Below, piece by piece: positions 47,896-59,000 of a DNA stretch of 64,000 nt. Position 1 is the stretch's first letter. Each line of letters begins with the position of its first letter. The notes below the pieces were generated by a model. The model was not told the DNA's origin. It was given only the letters and a program-made list of their open reading frames with translations, and did not search any database. This stretch comes from Daphnia carinata (taxonomy: Eukaryota): the NCBI RefSeq assembly GCF_022539665.2, contig NC_081333.1, positions 2,108,001-2,172,000 of the forward strand, in the 5' to 3' direction. The position numbers were made by a program, and so were the translations under genes.

Positions 47896-49839
47896 TCAGT
47901 CTCTGGTGATTCGTTTGTGAATCTGCATGTGCTTCAGCAAGTGGGCCTTCTGACGGAACGCCTTGGCGCAGGCGTCGCACTTGAAGGGCTTCTCTCCGGT
48001 GTGGGTGCGAAGGTGAACCTTGATGTTGGACTTGTTGAGGAATCCCCGATTGCAGATGTTGCACCGGTGGACGGGCTTCTCCTTGCCGGCTCCGTCTGTT
48101 GTCATCACCGTCGTCATCTTGGCTTTACCCGAACGGTTCTTGTGCTTGGATCGGCCACCCGATCCTCCGCCGACCGTCCCGCCGCCACTACCGCTGCCTC
48201 CACCGCCGCTCATCGGATCGTCGAGATCGCTCAAGTCTTTGTTGTTGTTGTAGCCGCTACTGCTACTCTTGACAGCCGTAGACCTCCGGGCCGTGGCCGG
48301 GTAGCTGCTCGAATGACATCCGCTCGAATCGTTACCTCCACCGAGATGCGGTAAGGACGTCGTCACGTGGTTCAGGGTCGGTCCCGTGTGGAAGGTAGTG
48401 TGCGGTAGCTGCATCTCCTTGTTAGATGACCCAGCCATGGAACAGGAGACGAATCCGCCCATCGGGCCGTTGCCTCCTCCGCCGTTGTTCAAGTTGGGTT
48501 CTCGGCCGGCCGTCAACCGTCGCTGGAGCAAGGGCATGTCCATGGAGGGCTCACTTTTCACGTTGTGGTTATTGTTGCCACCTCCGCCGGAAGGATCTTG
48601 GCTCATGTGAGCCAAGGCGACGCTGCCGGCCGCTGCCGCTCCTTGACTCAGCAGAGCTTGCAAAGTCGAACTGACGCTACAGCTGCTGTTGTGAGGCTGT
48701 TGCGGCTGTAAGGAGCTCATCGGCGGCAGTGACGGATGGGCGAATGCCGGACTGACGGAAGACAGTGACGAATGCGATGTCCCGGAAGTCACAGAAGAGG
48801 CCGGACTTTCAAGCATTGGTTCGTGCTTGTAGACGGTGGAACAGGCGCTCTCGATCCAGGCGTCAATGTCGGCCCAGGGATCGCGGATATCCGGTCCGAG
48901 GCTTTCGACTCCACCCAAACCGACGCCGGCCACGTTGCTGACTCCGCCGCCACCCATTCCACCACCACCTCCAACGCCACCTGTCGACGCCGACGCCGAG
49001 GCCACAGTACTGTCTGCGATGGCGTTGCCGATGATGGCGGCGATGTCGTCGATCTCGGGGTTCATCAGGTAGTCGGCCATGCTCTCGGCCTTGACGACAC
49101 CGACGCTGACGAGTCCGTTGACGAGCGTCGTCGTCGAAACCGGCTCTCCGTTGCCTCCGCCACCGCTGCCGTAGTAGTTGAGGTTGCCCGAGTTATTGTT
49201 GTTGTTATTGTTGTTATTGTTGTTGTTATTATTATTATTGTTGTTGTTGTTGTTGTTGTTGCCAGACGGACTGGCTTTGTACAGGTTGAGGTTGATGTCC
49301 AGGATCGTCCGCGTCCCTCCACCCATGTGATGATGGTGGCTGGAACCGGAACTGTTCATCGAGCCGTCCAGTGAGAGGTTTCCGCCGTTGTTGCCTCCGC
49401 CACCACCGTACTCGAAAGGCGGAAGAGCCAGCGGTTTCAACTCTGCGAAACTGTGCCCTCCGCCAGGACCCGGTCCGGGCGTTGTGGGCGTCGTCAGGAC
49501 AGTGGCGCCGGACAAGAGGAGTCCGTCGAGGTTGTCGAGTGACAAGAGTGTGGCCTTGTTGCTCTGATTCATCGGGCCGGATGAGAGCCCGCTGCCTCCG
49601 CCGCAACTCAGCATGCCCGAACTGCTTCCGGCCATGCCCGAACCTCCTCCACCGGAAAGACTGCTGTGATGGTGTAGGTGATCGTGCAAACTGCTGCCAG
49701 TCGTCGAGTCGGCCATGTCGCACGAGTTGAACTTTCCGTTGAGCAGGTCGTCGTCGTCGTCTGGTCCTCCGCCTACACCGCCGCAGCCCCACGACAGGAT
49801 CGAGTCGACCGGAACGGGAACAGGGGGTTCTAGCTTCAT
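47896..49839 (-). CDS. C2H2 zinc-finger transcription factor with two C-terminal fingers; tentatively ichor (CG11966)-like
   Basis: Long ORF; first ATG at 49839 (accATG) with an upstream in-frame stop. Low-complexity G/S/N-rich body; fingers CNICNRGFLNKSNIKVHLRTH-TGEKP-FKCDACAKAFRQKAHLLKHMQIH. The zinc-finger call is secure; the ichor assignment is from recalled architecture and needs a search. Confidence 0.9.
   Translation of the reverse strand: MKLEPPVPVPVDSILSWGCGGVGGGPDDDDDLLNGKFNSCDMADSTTGSSLHDHLHHHSSLSGGGGSGMAGSSSGMLSCGGGSGLSSGPMNQSNKATLLSLDNLDGLLLSGATVLTTPTTPGPGPGGGHSFAELKPLALPPFEYGGGGGNNGGNLSLDGSMNSSGSSHHHHMGGGTRTILDINLNLYKASPSGNNNNNNNNNNNNNNNNNNNNNNNSGNLNYYGSGGGGNGEPVSTTTLVNGLVSVGVVKAESMADYLMNPEIDDIAAIIGNAIADSTVASASASTGGVGGGGGMGGGGVSNVAGVGLGGVESLGPDIRDPWADIDAWIESACSTVYKHEPMLESPASSVTSGTSHSSLSSVSPAFAHPSLPPMSSLQPQQPHNSSCSVSSTLQALLSQGAAAAGSVALAHMSQDPSGGGGNNNHNVKSEPSMDMPLLQRRLTAGREPNLNNGGGGNGPMGGFVSCSMAGSSNKEMQLPHTTFHTGPTLNHVTTSLPHLGGGNDSSGCHSSSYPATARRSTAVKSSSSGYNNNKDLSDLDDPMSGGGGSGSGGGTVGGGSGGRSKHKNRSGKAKMTTVMTTDGAGKEKPVHRCNICNRGFLNKSNIKVHLRTHTGEKPFKCDACAKAFRQKAHLLKHMQIHKRITRD
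49192..49260 (-). repeat. Coding AAC/AAT trinucleotide repeat (23 Asn)
   Basis: 69 nt of mixed AAC/AAT codons inside the zinc-finger ORF. Confidence 0.95.
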
Positions 49840-51692
49840 GGTGGGGGTGGTTGAACTGTTGCCACTACTGCCCAATGACCAACAAACGGATGGTAGCGGT
49901 GGTAGTAGTGGTCGGTCTTCCGATGAACTCGCCGTCGTAACAGAATTGTTTTCTTTCAATAATTTTTGTCTTTTGTTTTTGGGGTGGAGAGCGCGATATT
50001 TGTTTTGTTTTTTGGTTGTTTAAAACTAAGATGTGGCACACTCGCACACACGCACACACACACACACACAAAAACACGCGCGAGAGAAAACAATCACTTC
50101 CCGTTTTGAATATTGAAATTTCTGTTTTGTTTTGTTTTTGTTTGTTTGTTTTGTTTTGTTTTTTCTAGAGGAACGAAATTAACTACAGCAACGCCGGGTG
50201 GCTGGCGGAGCTGCTGGACAACACTGGACCACCTTCATAATCACGGGCGGCGGATCAGAATCGATAATAACGCACATGGAGTTGGAAATGATGTCAGCGC
50301 ATGCAGTCCGAATCTGCGCAACAAAAAAAAAAAAATGATCGTAAACAAATTTTAAATGAATTCAATTTGAGTTAAACGAAAACAAAAAATAATAATTTTT
50401 TTTTTTTGAAAATGTACGATAATTAGGAAGGAGGACGAGAGAAGCAAGAGGACAGGTGGATAGTGGCAGAAGTTGTTTAAAGAAATGAAAAACAACGTGA
50501 TGTGCCAAAAATGTAGGTCGCATATTCATCCGCCTGTGACGGATGGAGGAGGAGGAGGACCGTCCCATTTGGCTTGTCCACTTTTTTTTCTTTTTTTTTT
50601 TTTAAGGAAAAAAAAAAAAGGACTCCACGTTTCCCACCCGTCCTCTTACACACACAAGAAAACATGTGTGAACGAGAGAGCGAGAGAGAGCGACTTTCTT
50701 CCTGGGCACTCGACCAACTTCGTCCTTGCTGCAGGTGGATATATATGTTGTGTGTGTGTGTGTGTGTGTAGAGGAGATACTCCACTATACGACGACTACT
50801 ACAAGTTACTACTAGTCTAGCCTGAAGACATTTAAAACAGGTCCATATGCGTTGTGTTTCTAGGTAGAAAACAAAAAACAAAAATGGGAGGAAAAGTAGG
50901 ACTCCACCTCCAGGTGTGGCTTTGCTCAGCTAAAAAAGAAGAAGAGGATCCCAATCTAACAGGTTATTATTTTATTTTTCTTTATATCATTATTACCCCC
51001 CTTTTTTTTTAAGTTAAGTAGAAGTTCATTTCTGGTTTTTTTTGTTTGTGCGTGACGGGACCCAAATGAGACAACGGCAACCAACCCAGATTGAAATGTT
51101 TGGTAGGATTTAAGAAAAAACAAAGAACCGGACTGGGAAGTTCCTATTGGACACGTACGCACGAGAGCGAAACGATCGTAGTTGATTGGGAATGTTTTGG
51201 AAAACATGAATATGCCGTTATCGTTTGTATGTCGTCCGTCGTCGTAGAGTCGATTCCAGTTCGACTTGATAGTTTCAGGTTTTTTTTTGAAGGAGGAGGA
51301 GGAGGAGGGTAGGGAGACGCGGAGAGGGTGGAAGGATTTGGCAATTGAGGTCAACTCCGACAAACCGGGAAGTGGGTCACAACCAGCAAACCAGAGAGAA
51401 AGAAAACAACACACACACACACACACACACACAGAAAAGAAGCCGTGCGCGCTCTCCCTGCCTTTCGGGCAACGCGCGTCACGAAAACGGACCAACCGGA
51501 GCTCACTCCTCCCACCTTTCCTCCTTTTTTTTTTCTTGTGGCTATAGGAATTGGGGGGGGGGGGGAATTATTTCTTCTTTAAAAAAAAAAAAAATAAATA
51601 AAAAGAATTCATCACACGGGCAGGTATAGCAAAGGTACGACCATAGATGGGGGAACCGTTATATTATTAGTACATGTCCGTTTATTTTTTAT

Positions 51693-51725
<33 letters not shown>

Positions 51726-52868
51726 CTCCTTCCTTTTTCCTTCTTCCTAAGAAAAAAGAAAAGAGATCCGTGTCTGGACGTTGTCGAGTCGCCATATTTA
51801 TTACCGCTGATAGTTAAATACGTCCTTCTTAAAATGCAATACGTCCAACTCACATACTACACACCGCAAATAGCATTTCGCTAGCGAGACATTTGCCAAT
51901 CACCTTTTTTTTTTTGTCCAGCACGCGTGTTCCAATTTTTTACCTTCCATTATGTTTATCTATCCAAGATAAATAATTGTCCCATAAAAGAAAAATTGGA
52001 GAAAACGGACGGATAATGGAGATTCGAATTTCCAGTTTCCTATTTCCTTCCTCTTCAATCAAATGGAATTTTTCTTCCGGTCGCGTTGCAAAAAAAAAAA
52101 AAAAAAAAAAAGAGAAAAGTGGAACGCACGCACGAAACAAAGACGTTGCCGAACCTTTTCTTATATTTTTTTTTTTTTTTCGTTTGTCTACATACGCGCA
52201 CGTCCATCACGTTTTTTTTTTCTTCTTATCCTCCTTAGATTGGCCTCATTTTTTATTTGAACGAAGAGGGGGGGGGGGACAATTGTTGCCCAGTCATGTT
52301 TTTTTTTTTCTCCTTCTTCCAAGTCACGTGATTTTTCTTTCTTTCTAGATACACAACACGCAGCAGAGCGATGCGCATCGTCATCGTCTGGCTGGTTTAA
52401 TTGTCCGAACACACGCCCAGCCGAGAGAGAGAGAGAGAATTGCGCCCGGAGCGATGTGTGTGTGTGTGCTGCGCATCAAACGCACGAACAAGAACGACGA
52501 ACGCTGGTGGGGGGAACTTGCTCACGCACCACCCCTTTCGCCACCCCACCTCTTCTGTTTTGTGAGTACTCCTTTTTTTTTTTTTTCTATTTCTTTTTTT
52601 TTTTTTTGCCTGGTGAAAATGTAGGCCAAAGCGTGCAGTTCGTTGCACTTTTGCTTTCCTCTTTCTTTACTGCTACCATACTTCTTTTTCCGTCTCTTTT
52701 CTCTTCTCCTCGTGTACGCCCTGGTTCGTTTTTTTTTTTTTTTTTTTTTTTTTTCGTTTTTTTTCCTCCATTTTTTTATGATTATTATTATCTCTTTCAA
52801 CGTCGTTCGTTCGCTCGCTGAAAATTTCGCTTTGCGGTTTTGTTTTTGTTTTTTTTTCGGCGAAAACA

Positions 52869-52906
<38 letters not shown>

Positions 52907-55900
52907 CCATCCTCGTACCGTAGACGAGCGTTAATTTGTTTTCGGATAGCCATTTGGATTTTTTTTTTAAATTCAATTTTTTTTTTTTTTTGTGAGTTAT
53001 TGGGAAACAGCGCAGATTTTTGGGGGGGATTGCCTTTTTTTTTTTTATTTGGGTTTAATTGGGGAAAAAAAAAAAAAGAAGAAGGGGGAAATGCTAAAAT
53101 GTAGGTCAGCCCCAAGTTTCGACAGCACGTCGAACTTGGGCTGTAAATGACGAAGCCCCAACTTCCGCCGTGTCTTGTCTCTCAATCTGTGTCCGGAATT
53201 GCGTAAGATATTTCTCGTCCCCCTTGTGCCCCGATCAAACATTGAAAAAATCTAACGGTAAAAAAAATGGTAGATTTCTTGTTTAAAGAGAAATCTCCTG
53301 TCCACGATGGAGGATAATGTTCAAATACGTTTTTTAAAAAATTAACTGCGAGCTGGACCGGAAATTTTTCTTTAAAAAAAAAAAAGAATGCAATGAGAAT
53401 GACTCGTCTCTTTGGCTGCGTGTGTAGTCTTTTAGTCAGCCAAGAGCTTAAGAGAGATTGCACCACCGGTGGTTGTGAGAATGAAAAGAAGAAGAAGAAA
53501 CGAAAAGTAGGTCAACTTCCTCTACTACTAGACACACACACACACACCAGTCCTCCTATGTGTGTGTTACGTTGCGCAACAACACACACACGCGCTCGAT
53601 CTGAGAAGCTCTAGGGCTTTTTTTTTTTTTCCGAGCACGTCCCAACATTTTGTTCTTCTCCCTACAAAGAATTCGATTTTTTTCTTGATTTTTTAAACCT
53701 CAATGTCTATCTCGTGTTTTTTTTTTTTTTACACGTCCACATCCGGCCATGGAGTTGCGCGCGTTCAAATCTCCGCATTTTCAAATGTTTTTTTTTTTTT
53801 TTTTTTGCGTATATAACGCGCTGCGATGTAGCGTGAATTCAAATAATGGCTGAAATCGTTTAGAACGATGATGCTATTGTTTTGGAATGCAAGTAGAACA
53901 CAATGCGAGAGAGAGAGAGAGACCCCCTGAAAAAGAAGAACTCCTCCTCCGTGAGCCAAAAGAATCTTGTGGTCTGCAGCAAAAAAAAATCAAGTGGAAG
54001 TAGAGAAGAGAGAACGAAAAGTAGGTTAGGCCCAAGAGGCACTGGAAAAAAAAAAATCCGAATGGCTGGGACCCACACAGAAGTTGTACACACAACTACT
54101 ACACCCAACGGGGGTAGGAGGAGGAAGAAGGAGGAAAGAAAAAAAAAAAAAAAAAAAAAAAGGTAGGCCGTGTCCCACATTTCCACTCCTTCTTTTAATG
54201 TAGACACACACACACACACACGGTACTATTTTCTTTTAGGACATTTTTGCTGTGTGTGTCTGCGGGGGGGAAATGGAAAAAAAACAAAACATTTGGTTTT
54301 CGTTCCATTTTGTGCTTTTTCCCTTGCAAAGTCGGAAATGAGTCGGAAGAAAATAACATGCCGCTACATACTCACGCAGATTTAGTTTTTTTTCTTTCTG
54401 TTTGACCAAGTTACACCCGATATTTTTATTATTTTTTTTTTAATTTAAAAAAAAAAAAGGGACCGAACCTTATAACCCGGAAATCAACGACACACACCCC
54501 GAAATCAAGGTAGAATACAGAGGATGATAAGGAGGGGGGTTTTCTTCTAAGGGGTTGGCATGGCAACCGTGAAAATGAGGTTAACATATACGCCAGGTAC
54601 GTTCCTCGAGGTTGACCCCCCTTCTTTAAAAAAAAAAAAAATATCTTCTTCCCCCCTTTTTTTTTCTTATTTCAATAGTTCTTTTTTTTTTTAAATCTCA
54701 TAATCAAAATGAAATTTAAAATTATCCTTGACTTTACTATTAAAAAAAAAAAAAGAGCTAAAGCTATTGAAGAACGTCAACAATTTTCAATCGCGGCCAA
54801 ACCAGAAAAACACGTCAAAAATATCGTACATTGTTCCAAAACAAAAGGGGGACACGCAGAAGAAGAATCTGGTTTTGATTCCGTTCAAGTATTCGCGTGT
54901 TGTCTTTTTGCTTCTCTCTCTCTTCTCCAGCAAACGAGAAACAAAAAACAAAAAAAAAAAAAAGAACTTCTTTTCTTTTCCCCTTCTGGTATTATTAGTC
55001 AAGTAAGGCTATAGTTGTGTGTGTTATAGCTGCTAGGCAGTTTAAAGGCAAGCACAGCCCCAAAAAAAGAAAATGAGGTCAGTCGCCCGCCGCCCGACTT
55101 CATGCCGGGCTCCTCTCTTATTCGGCTGTGTGTCTCTACAGTAAGGAAGAAGAAGAAGAAGGTGGGTCGCTGCAAGCGAACGGGGCGGAAAGGTGGAAGA
55201 AGTCAATTCGGTTGGGCTCATTTCTGCATTTGGCTCTTTTTTTTTTTCTTAAACATTATTATTGGAAGGGGAAAAAAAAAGCAAGAAATATCAGATGCGC
55301 ATAAGACGTTTTGATTGAAACAGGGGGGGGGGGGTAGGGAAAGAAATGCAATTTTTAATGCGTAAAGTAAAAGAAATCAATATGAACGAACGACTTACCG
55401 GAAATTAAAATTAAAGGAATTCCTTTCGAAATAGTACGAAAAAACAAAACAAAATGAAGTTCATCTGCTGGTTGTAATCCGTAAAAAAGAAGAAAGGAGA
55501 GGGCACAATGCACACACTTTGTTGTTGTTGTTCCTGGTAACATGCGAGATGCACTTAATCCGTGAAACGATATGAAAAATTTTTTTTTTTTTTTTTTTTT
55601 CAATTAAAAATTGCGCGCGCACAAATCACTTCTTCCTTCCTCAAAATGACGCTCTCCTCCTTCCCCCCCCCAAAAAAAAATTTGGGTAGTTCAAGAAACA
55701 AAAAAAAAAAATTTGTTCGCATTGAATTGAAAATAATGAACGTTCATCTGAGCGCGCACACCCGTCTGCCGTTTTCTCTCAAACTTTTGAAAAGTTTATA
55801 CCTCCGGTCCGCGCCAGAGGATCGCGACGTTAGAACCGGCCGTCAGACAGGTGTCGAAGATACTGAGCCTGGTCGTCGTTGCTTCTTCCTCCACCAGACC

Positions 55901-56005
55901 CTACCGTTCTCTCTCCCCCCCCCTCTCTCTCCCAACTCTTGATTCCCTCCCCACGAAACGTAGGCAAAAACTGGGAGGACCACCCTCTCTCACTGAGGAA
56001 ACTGG

Positions 56006-56041
<36 letters not shown>

Positions 56042-59000
56042 GTTCTCCGTGTTAGACGCAAGAAAGAAAAAGGAGAACCTGAGCGCAGTTTGAGCACACA
56101 GAAAAAAAAAAAGTACACTGCCCGTCAACGGCTGAACAAAAGCGGCTTGTGTCGTGGCCAAGACTTTCGTGAGCTCCTCCTCCGCCACTCCGCCTGCCCT
56201 CCCGCACACACAAAACAAACCGCACAGCGTCGTCCGATATTACAGAAACAAGACGGGAGCTACTGGTCTTTTTTTTTTTCTGCTCGTACACCTCGATTTT
56301 TAAATGAGGGTAACTCTACACGACACACAGCATCAGAAAGGAGCTCATCATACGAGTCTTTTTTTTTTTTTTTTTTTCAATTTAATTTTTTATTTTTTGT
56401 ATACGGTGCGACCTTAAGTGGACAATGTTCCCCAACGGTTTCAAAAAAAAAAAAAATTACAATTTTTTGTGGGGATATGGAAACGAAAAAAAAATTGTTC
56501 CAAAATCCGGACGTTAAGGAATCCGCCAATATTTTTTTTGACGCCATCATTTTTCATTAAATATTGAAAAAAAAAAATTTTTAAAAAAATGGTTGATTGA
56601 AAAATAGGGGCTGTCCCGCTGGAGAAAAATTTTTGAAATGAGGGCGATGTGATTATGTGTATAGTGACCGAAATGAGCGACCCTGTCGCCACATCACATT
56701 GACCTCCATATCACATTGATGTGACGGCTGGTAACTACCGGAGAGCGCATATGGTAGACGGTATTGAGATCGACGAAGAAGGGGGCACCTATCCCCGTGT
56801 ACATTTTTTTATTTTTTCTCAAAAACAATCGGCTTTATTTATGCCCCACCAGTGATTTGTCATCATTCGGCCTATGCGCGTAAGGTTTTTCACTTCACAA
56901 AATGCATTTGTTTGTTTTTTTGTTTGTTTTTTTGTCAGCACATTGTAATGATATTAATGATGTGCGTTCATTAGAAAAGGGCTGTAAAAAAACAAAACAA
57001 ACAGATGCGCTCCGTAGGAGAAAATTATAAAAATATGTACACATGCACAAACGCAAAGATCCAAATTTTCAGGAGAATCGGGGTCACCCTGAAATACGCG
57101 CGCGCGTGAAAAAAAAAAAAAAAAAAAAAACCGGGCGGATTTTTCAAAGTGTGTCACGCGTTTTTATAGATTTCCCAACAGCGACGCAACAAACAGACAC
57201 ACACTACCTACAGGCGGGAATTTTTTTTACACACGAATCTAGAGAGGCTGGAGGCGAAAAATCACCAAAAAATGTCATAGAGTCCGAAACTGTTCGATTT
57301 TTTTTTTTTTTGTTACTCGACCACGAAAAGATATTAAAAAAAAAAAAATTCAATTCTCATTAAATATGCAAAATAATTGTTTTGAATACGGTCCCGTTAT
57401 TTACTCTATTATTTTGCATATTGAAAAGAAGGCACGTCAAACTGCTTCGAACCTCGATCGGGCTATTAGAAGGAATCTGCATACGACGTCCTTTGTCATT
57501 ATTTCGATACGAAAAAAAAAAAAAAGCAAAGGAGGAAAACAAAAACAAAAAAAAATTCAAATGGATCGTGCGTCCTTGTTTTGATTATTCCAACAAGTTT
57601 TTATTATTTTTTTTTTCTTGATTGGTGTTAGTGGCATAGTAATAGTAAGTAGAAGGACCGGTATTATTACATCGTTTAACAGCTTTTGTTTGTTCTCAAT
57701 TCTTTTCCAAACTGCCAGAGTTGCTCAATCCCTTCTTCATTGGCTTGTCGGAGCCACAAAAAAAAAAAATTTATTGAAATTTGGTAACTACAATTATGAC
57801 GACACATCCGTCTTGTGTATATTTTATTCTTCTTTTGGAAAGACAAACTAATCTTTTATTTATCCTCGCCGCAGTTGGGATCTCCCGCCGCCAGGTCCGT
57901 TCTCAAAGAAGGAACACACCATAAGAACGGGTGTGTGTGTCTCTCTCTCTCTCTCTCTCACTATATAAATATAAATAGGAGGGAATAGGATATAAAAAAA
58001 AACCAAAAAAAAAAACAGGCCACTGACCTACATTTTTTGGGTTTGTGTGTTCCCTACCAACCCAGACTATGGGATGCACGCGGGGCGAGAATGGGTGCAC
58101 GCCGGCAACGGTTTTCTTCTTCCCTTTTTTTTTTTTTTCTTTTACATTTGGCTTACGCATATATATACAAAAGCCACAACTGTATACAGTCGTCTGTTAA
58201 AAAAAAAAAAAAAAAAAAAAATGTATTCCACCTGGTGGTTACCGGTTCTTCTCTTCTAATTTCTTTTATTTTTTTTTAAACAATTTTTTCTTTTTACTAG
58301 CTTTCATACTATAAACCAAGTTATGCTTTAATTATAACGCCCTCTATCGCCGCATGTCATTTGTGCATACTCAAAACGCACTCGGAATAATTGAAGATAA
58401 TTATTCGTGTTTCTTTATAGTAAAAAAAATAATAATAATAATAATTTAAAAGTGACATCATATTTTGATCGTTTGTTTCGAAACCGTATCTGAAAAAAAA
58501 AAATGTATTAGGTGCGGTCGCGATTCTGATGGAAACAACAAATGTTTAAAAAAAAAAAGGTTAACACAAAAAAAAAAAAAAGAAGAAGGTTGGCGATTGG
58601 GAGCGTGACGGTTCTGGCATTGACGTCACCGGCCATCTTCTTCTTGTTTTTCTTGTTACGATGAGATAATCGTATTTTTTTTTTTCTTGTGAAAAGAATA
58701 ACTTGAATACCCTATAATAGTTTGTAGGGCGCGATAAGCCAGTCGTCTCTTATCCCGTACACCTGATGTGAAATCCTTGTCAAGAATTTTTTTTTTTTGT
58801 TTTTTTTCTATTTAGATTTCACCTCAATAAATAAAACAACCCGGAACGACAAAGTCAGCAATGGAACCTTGAGACATCCGCAAGTCAAATTTAAAAAAAA
58901 AAAAATCAGGGCGATAAAACATGCGGAGTTATCCGTAACAGACCAAGTTTTTTAAAAATATCCAAATGTTGGATGAATTTAAGGTAACTTAACATTTTTA

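Noticed and set aside
47881..50023. Many overlapping ORFs on both strands
   Set aside because: By-products of the GC-rich, low-complexity zinc-finger ORF.
50180..50316. Upstream coding exon for the zinc-finger gene
   Set aside because: No pyrimidine-rich acceptor near 49953 and no donor found that joins in frame; better read as 5' UTR with short uORFs.
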